A stretch of DNA of 64,000 nucleotides. Source: an uncultured delta proteobacterium. GTDB lineage: Bacteria > Desulfobacterota > Desulfobacteria > Desulfobacterales > JAFDCJ01. The position numbers and the translations under genes were made by a program. Under the pieces are notes generated by a model. That model searched no databases. It saw only the letters and a list, made by a program, of their open reading frames with translations, and had not been told where the DNA came from. The DNA lies in the NCBI GenBank assembly GCA_963774425.1, contig CAVZEZ010000020.1, positions 29,555 through 93,554 of the forward strand, given 5' to 3'. This document shows positions 21,090 through 29,845 of the stretch, one piece after another (the first letter of the stretch is position 1; each line of letters starts with the position of its first letter).

Positions 21090-21812
21090 ATGGCGATGAG
21101 CAAATCTTTTTTAATTGATACTACCGTATGCACGGCCTGCAAGGGCTGCCAGGTAGCCTGCAAGCAATGGCATGATCTGCCGGCCGAAAAAACCGTCAAT
21201 CATGGATCTTACCAGAACCCAGCCGATCTGTCCTTCGACACTTATAAACTGGTGCGCATGCGCGAAGAGGTCATCGACGACAAGCTGAGATGGTTGTTTT
21301 TCCCGGATCAATGCCGCCATTGTCTGGAGCCTCCCTGCGAAGCCACCGCCGGAGATCCGGCCGCCATATTCATCGAGGAAACCGGCGCCGTCATTTACAC
21401 GGCCAACACCAGACGCCTTGACCCCGTCGAAATCCGGGAATCCTGTCCGTATGACATTCCCCGTGCCAATGAGGGCGGGGTCCTGGCCAAATGCGATATG
21501 TGCAACGACCGGGTGGAAAACGGACTGGAGCCGGCTTGCGTCAAGGTATGCCCGACCGGCGCCATGAACTTCGGTGAAAGGGAAGAAATTATCGAACTGG
21601 CCGCGCAGCGCCTGGCCCTGGCCAAAAAGAAGTTCCCCCAGGCCCGGCTGCTGGACCCTGAGGATGTCCGAGTCATTTTTTTAGTTGGATTCGACCCTCA
21701 ACACTACCATGATGCGGCGGTAGCATCCATTACCGGCAAAGGGATGACCCGGCAGGCCGCCCTCAGAAAGATGTATCGTCCTTTCCACCGGGCGTTGTCG
21801 TCTTTCAGCTGA
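21090..21812 (+). CDS. fdnH: Formate dehydrogenase beta (4Fe-4S dicluster) subunit
   Basis: CTACKGCQVAC, CRHCLEPPC and CDMCNDRV...PACVKVCP motifs. AAGGAGG RBS. Confidence 0.92.
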   Translation: MAMSKSFLIDTTVCTACKGCQVACKQWHDLPAEKTVNHGSYQNPADLSFDTYKLVRMREEVIDDKLRWLFFPDQCRHCLEPPCEATAGDPAAIFIEETGAVIYTANTRRLDPVEIRESCPYDIPRANEGGVLAKCDMCNDRVENGLEPACVKVCPTGAMNFGEREEIIELAAQRLALAKKKFPQARLLDPEDVRVIFLVGFDPQHYHDAAVASITGKGMTRQAALRKMYRPFHRALSSFS

Positions 21813-21845
21813 GAAGGAGTACCGAATTAACATTTAAACTGGAAG

Positions 21846-21879
21846 AAGGGGAGAGGCAAAAAAACCTTTCCTCTTTTTT
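21846..21879 (+). terminator. Rho-independent terminator after FDH beta
   Basis: AAGGGGAGAGG/CCTTTCCTCTT stem followed by a T run. Confidence 0.6.
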
Positions 21880-21892
21880 AAATGAAAACCAT

Positions 21893-22810
21893 ATGCTAAT
21901 AGATCATAGAAAAGGTAAAGGAAGACGTGTTGCAACAAAATTTGACCTTACATCCGATCAGGTCAGAAGCGTGGTGGAAAGTGTCACAAAAACCAAACCG
22001 CATTATGCGGACATCCTGGGATTTTACGGCCGGCTATTCGTGGCCCAGGAAGAAAGCAAAAATCGCGTCCGGCTCGACCCTTACCCTATCCCGGACGATG
22101 TGCGCATCGCCAAAGCGGAGAAAAAGCGTCCTTTGATTGAAATCGAGGAATTCACCTATGACCGGGTGGAATCCGCCGATCTTTTCGTCGCCATTGCCGA
22201 GCTTGCCGGAACCGCAAACCCGCACCTGGCACGGTCTGCGGCTGTATTATTGGAGGCCGGGATTGTAAAATTGAAATCCGAAGCACTGTTCAGTGCTTTT
22301 TTAAATGGTGATGAAGCCTTTTTCGAGACCCTGGCAGAGGCGCATAAAATAGAGAAGCAAATTTTGGGGTTCATTACCTATAACAGCTTGAAGCCTTCCC
22401 TTTGCACGGGGGCCGCTCAACTTTCAGGCTTTTTGTCCGACAGCGATCCATGGCTGAAAGGGGATTGCCCGGTATGCGGCAGTGCCCCAACGCTTGCGAT
22501 TCTGGACGCTGATGGGGCGCGCAGTTTGGTCTGCGGCTTCTGTTGGCATATCTGGACGGTGAGAAGAGAAATGTGTCCTTATTGCGAACACCCGGGGCAA
22601 ACTGAACGGCATTATTTTTTCGATGAGAAGGAGAAAGAATTCCGAGTTTACCTGTGTGGCAATTGCAACAAATATCTCAAGACCATCGACGCACGGCAGG
22701 CGGATCGGATGATTTATCCGCCGCTGGAGCAGGTATTGACGCTGCATCTGGATTATAAAGCCCGTGAAGAAGGCTTTGAACCGGGCATCGCGCTTTCCGC
22801 GCTGCTTTGA
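21893..22810 (+). CDS. fdhE: Formate dehydrogenase accessory protein FdhE
   Basis: CPVCGS, CGFCW, CPYC and CGNCNKYLKTID motifs. Confidence 0.93.
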   Translation: MLIDHRKGKGRRVATKFDLTSDQVRSVVESVTKTKPHYADILGFYGRLFVAQEESKNRVRLDPYPIPDDVRIAKAEKKRPLIEIEEFTYDRVESADLFVAIAELAGTANPHLARSAAVLLEAGIVKLKSEALFSAFLNGDEAFFETLAEAHKIEKQILGFITYNSLKPSLCTGAAQLSGFLSDSDPWLKGDCPVCGSAPTLAILDADGARSLVCGFCWHIWTVRREMCPYCEHPGQTERHYFFDEKEKEFRVYLCGNCNKYLKTIDARQADRMIYPPLEQVLTLHLDYKAREEGFEPGIALSALL

Positions 22811-22840
22811 ATTCAAACCGAATGGACGCTGATTGGCGAG

Positions 22841-23332
22841 ATGATGATACGACTAAAACTCGGCAAATGGATGCTGGCATCCGTAACCACTTTGGGACTG
22901 TTGTTATTTTCCGCAGGTATAATGCCGGCGGAAACCGGGGTGGTCGTGACGACGATAGAGGAAGAAAGCCTCGACAACCTGATCAAAAATAAAAACAATA
23001 AGCTGATCATTGGATTTATGGCCGCATGGTGCGGGCCCTGTATCGACGAATTGCCGGTTTTAAACAATCTGTATCGAAAATATAAGGATCGAGGGCTGCA
23101 GTTGGTGGGAATCAGCATTGATCTTGAAGGGGCGGCTGCCATACAGCCGGCCGTTTCCGCCCACAAGGTAGAATTTCCCGTGTACTGGTACGGCGAGGCG
23201 GCAATCCAAAAATTTAACCTCAGTGCCATACCCCTGCTGCTGATCATCAAGCAGGGGAAAATATGGGAGCGCATACCTGGACGCCGAAACCAGCAATTTC
23301 TGGATAAAAAGATTCAGCAAATCCTGGATTGA
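22841..23332 (+). CDS. Exported TlpA-family thiol-disulfide oxidoreductase
   Basis: Signal peptide, FMAAWCGPCIDELP and a cis-Pro AIP motif. Confidence 0.88.
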   Translation: MMIRLKLGKWMLASVTTLGLLLFSAGIMPAETGVVVTTIEEESLDNLIKNKNNKLIIGFMAAWCGPCIDELPVLNNLYRKYKDRGLQLVGISIDLEGAAAIQPAVSAHKVEFPVYWYGEAAIQKFNLSAIPLLLIIKQGKIWERIPGRRNQQFLDKKIQQILD

Positions 23333-23363
23333 CCGGGTGCAGAGAATTTACTTTGCACCCGGT
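23332..23363. other. Strong intercistronic hairpin
   Basis: ACCGGGTGCAGAG/CTTTGCACCCGGT 13-bp stem with no U-tail. Confidence 0.6.
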
Positions 23364-23421
23364 TCCCGAGCCCGATAAAGCCCCCGCTTTGATTTTCTAA
23401 ATCCCGGAGGAGGATGCTGCC

Positions 23422-24000
23422 ATGAAAAACATGATCGGTCTTTCGTTGATCTTCGCGGTTGTCCTGTTGGTCGGCAGTGCTTTCGCCGTCGCCGGAAATC
23501 AGCCGCCGACAGAAGGCGGTGTCTTGCCGGATATCGAGCTGCCCGTGCCCGAAAATCCCGCACAGCGGCAATATCTGGGGCTGGCCGTTGCAGATGGCGC
23601 CTTTAAAATCCCGGACATCCAAGCCGAAGTGGTGATCATAGAAATTTTCAGCATGTACTGACCGTTTTGTCAGAAGGAGGCTCCTTCCGTCAACCAGATG
23701 TATCGCATCATTGCAAACGACCGGACTCTGCAGGGTAAAGTTAAATTAATCGGCATCGGCGTCGGCAACTCGGAATTTGAAGTTGCATTTTTTAAAGAAA
23801 AATATGATATCGTGTTTCCCTTGTTCCCGGATGGTGATTTTTCAATTCATCAACAAATCGGCGAAGTCAGAACGCCTTATTATATCGGTGTCCGCCTGAA
23901 GCCGGACGGCACTCCCCAGGTGTTTTATTCCCAGCTCGGTGGTGTGCAGGACGCCCACAAATTTCTGAAAAAGTTGCTGAAAAATTCAGGATTGATGTAG
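23422..24000 (+). CDS. Exported TlpA/redoxin-family selenoprotein (UxxC; UGA 23659-23661)
   Basis: ORFs 23422..23661 and 23698..24000 are in frame. The junction reads [18 protein letters not shown]; RTPY cis-Pro; signal peptide. Confidence 0.9.
23673..23687 (+). other. Candidate SECIS of the UxxC redoxin
   Basis: GAAGGA-GGC-TCCTTC has the same GGC triloop as the FDH SECIS, 18 nt after the UGA. Confidence 0.7.
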
Positions 24001-24194
24001 AGCCGCAGGTGCTGTGTCGGGGCAAATGATCATTTCTTTTTTGTATTTTCGCCTGCCTCGTCAAACTATTTTTTTTGTTTTACCAGGGTGCTTTCGTGAT
24101 TAACTTTATTGTGATGCATTTCCTTGCACCAAAATCATTATATTTCAACGCCACGGGATACCGTGGCTCGGACATGATGACAGGAGCCCAGACC

Positions 24195-24794
24195 ATGAAA
24201 TTTTCATACGCCATCGCTCCGACCGCCTGTTTGCTGGTAATCCTGCTGATCTTGCCGGCATTTGCCGGATCGGCGGCATTCCAGGATAAAATATATGACC
24301 CCGGACAGTTAAAGCCAATCGACAGCACCTTGAAAGTCAAGGTAGGTGATATGGCTCCCGATTTCACATTGCCGTCAGTAGCCGGAGAGGAAGTGACCCT
24401 GAGCCAGTACCGGGGCAAAAAAAATGTAGTGATCTCCTTTGTTCCGGCTGCCTGGACGCCGGTGTGTTCGGATCAATGGCCCGGATACAATATCGCCAAA
24501 GAAATGTTCGATAAAAACGACGCGGTTTTGCTCGGTGTGACGGTGGACAACCTTCCCACCCTGTATGCGTGGACCAGACAGATGGGAAATTTGTGGTTTC
24601 CAGTGCTATCGGATTTTTGGCCGCACGGTGTCGTCGCAGACAAATATGGTGTTCTACGTTCCAGCGGCGTGTCTGAACGGGCGCTGTTTTTTATCGACAA
24701 AAATGGCGTTATTCAGGATATTCAGGTGTCGGACATAAATAAACGACCTGATCTGGCCCAGTGTAATACTACGCTGAAAAAAATGAATAAGTGA
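24195..24794 (+). CDS. Exported AhpC/TSA (peroxiredoxin-like) protein
   Basis: APDFTLP, FVPAAWTPVCSDQ, VLSDFWPHG and ERALFFID motifs. CAGGAG RBS. Confidence 0.88.
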   Translation: MKFSYAIAPTACLLVILLILPAFAGSAAFQDKIYDPGQLKPIDSTLKVKVGDMAPDFTLPSVAGEEVTLSQYRGKKNVVISFVPAAWTPVCSDQWPGYNIAKEMFDKNDAVLLGVTVDNLPTLYAWTRQMGNLWFPVLSDFWPHGVVADKYGVLRSSGVSERALFFIDKNGVIQDIQVSDINKRPDLAQCNTTLKKMNK

Positions 24795-24902
24795 TTTCGG
24801 GCCTCGACTCCAGGGGTCTGCGAAAACAAATTGACGGATTCAGGCGTTAACGCGCACTCCGGCCGGATTGCCTAGAATATTATGCATGTTAAACAAAAGG
24901 AC

Positions 24903-25439
24903 ATGGAAATCGAAGCCCGCTTTTTGGCATGCGGCGACGGCTGGCGGGGCAAAGGACCGGCGGTTGAAATCTTTCAGGGATATCTGGCAACCGATAAGAA
25001 TATGTTTCTTCGGATTCGAATCAGCGAAAATTCCGCCGTGCTCACCATCAAGGGCAAAACCGAAGGGCTATCCAGAAGGGAGTTTGAATTTGAAATCGAG
25101 GATATGCAAAAAGCCCTGCGGGTAATTGAGGAATTCTGTGAACATCCCATCGAAAAAACAAGGCATACCATCGCGCATGGAAAGTTTTTATGGGAAGTTG
25201 ACGAATATCGGGGTGAAAGCCAGGGTCTGGTGGTGGCGGAAGTCGAATTCGAACACGAAAACGCATACCACGAGATGCTGAATCTTGGCAAACCCCCCTG
25301 GGTTGGCAAAGAAATAACACATGATGCCTGGCAGTACACCAATGCCCGCTTGGCGGTCCGGCCGTTTTCGATGTGGCGTGTGGAGGAAAAAAGAGACATG
25401 TTAAGTCACTCAGCCGCCGCAGCGGCTGAATGTCTATAA
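24903..25439 (+). CDS. CYTH domain protein
   Basis: EIEARF, QGYL, LRIRI, LTIKG, EFEFEI, WEVDEY and VAEVEF motifs. Confidence 0.9.
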   Translation: MEIEARFLACGDGWRGKGPAVEIFQGYLATDKNMFLRIRISENSAVLTIKGKTEGLSRREFEFEIEDMQKALRVIEEFCEHPIEKTRHTIAHGKFLWEVDEYRGESQGLVVAEVEFEHENAYHEMLNLGKPPWVGKEITHDAWQYTNARLAVRPFSMWRVEEKRDMLSHSAAAAAECL

Positions 25440-25508
25440 ATATCGAAGTAAACTAGCTTCCGACAACAACTATACGAGTCATCACTAATATACTTAGGGA
25501 GATAACCG

Positions 25509-25688
25509 ATGACCAGCGAAGAACAATCCCGTTACGAAAGTCCCTGTGCCAAATATATATATGATCCCGAAACAGGAGATTACGAGCACAACATTCCCCC
25601 GGGCACCCCGTTTGAAAACTTGCCCGAAGATTGGTGTTGTCCCAGATGCGGCGCTCAAAAAGAGTTTTTTGAAAAGCTGGACGACTGA
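25509..25688 (+). CDS. Rubredoxin-like protein (59 aa) with an atypical N-terminal knuckle; absent from the ORF track
   Basis: [59 protein letters not shown], with a GGGAG RBS. Confidence 0.9.
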   Translation: MTSEEQSRYESPCAKYIYDPETGDYEHNIPPGTPFENLPEDWCCPRCGAQKEFFEKLDD

Positions 25689-25797
25689 CTGAACGGCCAC
25701 CGGCCTTTAAAATCTTTGAGAGGCTTGCCGGGTTCAGGTTCTTTAAGGGTGCGCCCCCATGACGGTGTGCCCCAGCTGGCCCGGTCCCTCCTGAATC

Positions 25798-26754
25798 TCA
25801 ACGTTTCACGTCCCAGCGTGCGAGTTGCATCGCCAGACTGCGGATATGCCGGTCGTCGGTTCCGCAGCAGCCTCCCAGGATCTTCAAACCGAAGTCCGCG
25901 TGAAGTCCGGCCACCGTTTGCCCGAAAACCTGCGGATCCTCCTCGATCAGGCTGTCGCTATCGTCCAATTCTTCCGGCGTCAGTGCGGCCGTGTTGGCGA
26001 ACAGGCCGATGATTCGCTTCCTGACATGGTCGGAAGAATGCTTGCTGTGCGCGAGCGCGCTTTTCAGAAAAGAAGCGTGAGTGCAGTTGGCCATAAAGGC
26101 CCGGGGTCCTGGGTCCACCGAGTCCTCGATGGCGGCCAGGGCCTGATTGAGAGGAGTTCCATCAAGCAGGGTGCCCTCGGGCCTTATCACAAAAGAAACC
26201 ACATAAGGCGTTCCCGTGGCGGCCAGGGCGGCGGCCAGCCCAAGCGCCTCGCTGAGCGCCGGCAAGGTGGCCGCCAGCAGAAAGTCCACCCCGGCTTCGG
26301 ACAGTCTTTCAGCCTGCCAGGTATGAAATCGAGCGGCTTCTTCTGTTTCCAGGGCCTCGGCCGGGTCATAGGCGTTGCCGCAGCAGCTCAACAGACCGCA
26401 GATCGCAACTTTACAAGCGTACGAGCCGTAGCTTGCGCGCAGCGCATCCAGAAACCTGAAATTATCGGCGTTCAAATCACGACCCCGGTAACCTGCGGCT
26501 TCGATGCGCTCTCTGCTGGCGCGCCAGGTCGGGGTGGAAAGCACCAGCGGCAAATCGCACTCGTATCCGATATCCAAATATTGACGATAGATATTTTCGA
26601 TGGCTGCACGGTTGGCATCGTCATAGATGAACGCTGAATTGACCACCTGGGAATCGAGATCATAGCCGTCGCGGCGCAAACGTTCGATAACGGCGCCCTC
26701 GCCGAGGATGCACGGATTTTGGTCGAAAAACTGATGGATGTCGATTCGCATCAT
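25798..26754 (-). CDS. Stand-alone homocysteine S-methyltransferase family protein
   Basis: EGAVIERL, TPTWRAS, ANCTH and ILGGCCGTD (Zn ligands). Confidence 0.88.
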   Translation of the reverse strand: MMRIDIHQFFDQNPCILGEGAVIERLRRDGYDLDSQVVNSAFIYDDANRAAIENIYRQYLDIGYECDLPLVLSTPTWRASRERIEAAGYRGRDLNADNFRFLDALRASYGSYACKVAICGLLSCCGNAYDPAEALETEEAARFHTWQAERLSEAGVDFLLAATLPALSEALGLAAALAATGTPYVVSFVIRPEGTLLDGTPLNQALAAIEDSVDPGPRAFMANCTHASFLKSALAHSKHSSDHVRKRIIGLFANTAALTPEELDDSDSLIEEDPQVFGQTVAGLHADFGLKILGGCCGTDDRHIRSLAMQLARWDVKR

Positions 26755-26880
26755 TTCCTTTCCTCAGTAAAAGTGTCGGCCGGCCGACAGCAGAAAAGTA
26801 TGTCATCCTGTCGCAGCCGGCCCCTGTTTTTCCGGGCGGAAAGCACCGGGAATGCGATTCCGCCCTTGCCAGCGAACGGG

Positions 26881-28416
26881 TCAGGCGGCCTGGCGTCCTT
26901 TGAAACGATCCCGAAGCTGATATTTAAGCACCTTGCCGGAAACATTCATGGGAAGCGCCTCCACAACCTCGAGGAGCCTGGGAATCTTGTAGTCGGCAAT
27001 GCGCGGTTTTAAAAATTCACGCAATTCATCCAGGGTGAGTTGCTGCCCTTCATTGAGGGTAACCACCGCCATGACGGTTTCTCCCCATTCCGAATGGGGA
27101 ACGCCGATAATAACGGCCGCGGCGATTTTCGGATTTTCGAAAATGGCATCTTCAACCTCTTTGCTGTAAACATTCTCACCGCCGGTGATGATCATATCCT
27201 TCTTGCGGTCCACCAGCGTGATATAGCCTTCATCGTCCATGACGCCCAGATCTCCCGAGCAGACCCAACCATCCTTTATGACGTCCCGGGTGGCTTCCGG
27301 ATTCTTGTAGTATCCTTTCATGGTGGTTTCGCCTTTTATGGCCAGCTCCCCCACCACTCCGGGCTCGGTTACGGTGGCGCCATCGGGGGCCACCAGGCGC
27401 GATTCCATGTTGACGATGTACTTGCCCCCGGCTCCCGCTTTTCTAATCTGATCTTCGGGCTGCAATGCGATCCCCCCGGGTCCGGCTTCGGTGAATCCGC
27501 ACAGGCAGAAAAACCGGTCTGTTTTAAATTTTTCAATCATCTGTTTCACGGACTCGGCGGCCATGGGGGCAGCACCATATCCGTAATAGCGCACGGAGGA
27601 AAGATCGTATGTGTCAAACCCGGGCGTCCTCATCAGGAAAGAAAACATGACTGGGGCACCGAAAAACTGGGTGATTTTCTCCTTTTCGATCAAACTCAGG
27701 ATTTTGGCCGGCGCAAATTCCTTGATCACCGTCTGGGTGCAGCCCAGATAGGTGCCCGGGTTCATGTAAAGATTCAGCTCCGCAGAGTGAAACAGGGGCG
27801 CGGCGTGCAGCAGCCGGTCCGTCGGTCGCAGCCCGATGAGCGTCGCCATGGTGTTGACCACGGTGATATGGTTGTGGTGCACGAACAGCGCCCCTTTGGG
27901 CCTTCCGGTTGTGCCGGAAGTGTAAAGAATTTCACTCTCATCAAATTGGTCCACATACACACCCGGTTCTCCGATATCGCCGGAGCTCAAAACGTCCGCC
28001 AAGGGATCGAAGGTTTCGAATCGTTCGCTGCCGGCGGAAAGATAATACCGGATATTTTTTAACCGCGGCTTCATTTCCCGCATCGCCGGCTCGAAGACAT
28101 CGTCGAAGATGACTGCCATCGCGTCGCAGTTGCCGAAAATAAATTCGGCCTCCCGTGACGCCAGGCGAAAGTTTACCGGCACCGCCACCCCACCGGCCTT
28201 CAAAATTCCGTAGAAGGTAAAAACGAACATATCCGTGTTGAACATCCACATGGCCACCTTGTCGCCTTTTTTGAGTCCGGAGCTGATCAGGGCGTTTGCC
28301 ACGGCATTCACCTTTTCATTCACCGTTTCCCAATCGTAGCGGTTGTGCTCGCAGATAATTGCCTCCTTGTCCGGTATCATCCGCGCGTTTCGTGCAACCA
28401 ATCCCCCAAGATCCAT
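26881..28416 (-). CDS. Long-chain acyl-CoA synthetase (AMP-binding)
   Basis: YTSGTTGRPKG, GFTEAGP, SGDLG, DRKKDMIITGGENVY and SGKVLK motifs. Confidence 0.93.
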   Translation of the reverse strand: MDLGGLVARNARMIPDKEAIICEHNRYDWETVNEKVNAVANALISSGLKKGDKVAMWMFNTDMFVFTFYGILKAGGVAVPVNFRLASREAEFIFGNCDAMAVIFDDVFEPAMREMKPRLKNIRYYLSAGSERFETFDPLADVLSSGDIGEPGVYVDQFDESEILYTSGTTGRPKGALFVHHNHITVVNTMATLIGLRPTDRLLHAAPLFHSAELNLYMNPGTYLGCTQTVIKEFAPAKILSLIEKEKITQFFGAPVMFSFLMRTPGFDTYDLSSVRYYGYGAAPMAAESVKQMIEKFKTDRFFCLCGFTEAGPGGIALQPEDQIRKAGAGGKYIVNMESRLVAPDGATVTEPGVVGELAIKGETTMKGYYKNPEATRDVIKDGWVCSGDLGVMDDEGYITLVDRKKDMIITGGENVYSKEVEDAIFENPKIAAAVIIGVPHSEWGETVMAVVTLNEGQQLTLDELREFLKPRIADYKIPRLLEVVEALPMNVSGKVLKYQLRDRFKGRQAA

Positions 28417-28515
28417 GATCTTTCTCCTTTATGTTCGACGATTAGCAATGCCCGTGAGCCCGGCCGCCTCTTCCATCCGGAGCAAATCACCAATGGACGA
28501 AGCGCCCCCTAACTA

Positions 28516-28656
28516 GTTTCCATCCACAAATGGCCCTTTTGCCCAAGTTCAGCGTCAATCTGCGCCCTCGCTTGTGCGGCGTAGTAAACTGCGCCTCCGC
28601 GCAAGGACCTGATTTCCTTGAACTTGGGCAAAAATTCGCATTTCTGGATTGGAAAC
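28516..28656. repeat. 141-nt palindromic MITE/REP-like element
   Basis: Ends are GTTTCCATCCACAAATG / CATTTCTGGATTGGAAAC. A perfect inner 15-bp inverted repeat is TTTTGCCCAAGTTCA (28537) / TGAACTTGGGCAAAA (28619). Confidence 0.8.
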
Positions 28657-29020
28657 ACCATCCGGTGCCCATCATGGTAAAAGACCCTTTGATGGATGGG
28701 CACTAACTATATAAAACCGAACGTGATTTTTATCTTCCCATATGATTCCAATTCTTCCCGGCAAACTGGTTTGTGAGCGAGACGGCTGTGATATCAGTTT
28801 TTTTCGAGGCCATGCGATAAATTACCTAATCTAATATATAAAACCTGTCAAACAATAAATGCCAGCGAAAAAAGAGTCAATTAAGAGAACTGCGGCGAGG
28901 GAGGATAAGTCATTGGGATTGGAATATGATTGAAAGAAGTATGAAAACCATGAGCATCCGGGTGTGGAAAAACAGAAAAAAACGCCCTGACGATCGCCGG
29001 ATACCTGCAGGCGAATTCCG

Positions 29021-29845
29021 CTATAAAAAAAGTGAATCCTCTGGCAATCCCACTATTTCCTGCTCCAAACCGGCATTGCACTGTTCGATCAGCTTGATGA
29101 CCGGACGACATTCCCGATTGCCGGCATCAAACAGGGACTTGCGGGTTTGCCTTTCTAACAATTTCCGGTCGCCGAACTGCTCGAAAAGGGCTTCGATATT
29201 TTCCGGGATATAAAGTCGGGCCCAAGGCATCATCTTTTGCAGACGCTGAAAAATATAAAGCCCCTCCCAGTCGTAATCTCCGAAATGCAGGACCGATTCA
29301 GGTGGAGAATTGAAGGTTTTCAGCGCATTCATCACGATCTCCGATGCATTTCCGCCCAAATAGGCCGCCATGACCGGAACCGACACCCCGGTGTAATCCG
29401 CCCGGATAAACGGCTCCCAGTTTTCGATCGTAAGGAGGCGCCATTTGGGGGGCAATCCCAGGTTCGACAGTCTGTCGGTCAGCACCGTCGCGACGCCATA
29501 TGCCCTGGTCAATCGGGTCCAGAGGACATCTTCCCGGTCGAACCATTTGAATTGAAATGGAAGGACCTCATGGGCGCTTTTGCCGATTTTGCTGCCGCCG
29601 CTGCGTACGATATTTACCATCCGGACATATGCCGGATCCGGATCGATGGCATGATGCGGATACCTGGCCTGAAGCCATCTGTGCAGTTGAACGGGGTCGG
29701 TTGCAACCACCGTTCGACGCAGGCCGGCAGTTTTGACATCCACGATTCCCAACGTAAACAACTCGCTTAATATTTTAAGGTTGGCGGCGGAGTATCCCAC
29801 CGACCCTTTATTTGCCAGAACGGTCAACCAGGACGGCGGATTCAT
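29021..29845 (-). CDS. JetD/MksG-like Toprim (DUF2220-type) nuclease
   Basis: LTIENWEPF (catalytic Glu), HFGDYDWEGLYI (DxD) and LEQE. Last gene of an SMC operon. Confidence 0.82.
   Translation of the reverse strand: MNPPSWLTVLANKGSVGYSAANLKILSELFTLGIVDVKTAGLRRTVVATDPVQLHRWLQARYPHHAIDPDPAYVRMVNIVRSGGSKIGKSAHEVLPFQFKWFDREDVLWTRLTRAYGVATVLTDRLSNLGLPPKWRLLTIENWEPFIRADYTGVSVPVMAAYLGGNASEIVMNALKTFNSPPESVLHFGDYDWEGLYIFQRLQKMMPWARLYIPENIEALFEQFGDRKLLERQTRKSLFDAGNRECRPVIKLIEQCNAGLEQEIVGLPEDSLFL

Noticed and set aside
24440-24480. Possible Sec in the peroxiredoxin-like protein
   Set aside because: The codon is TGT (TPVC), so it is an ordinary Cys.
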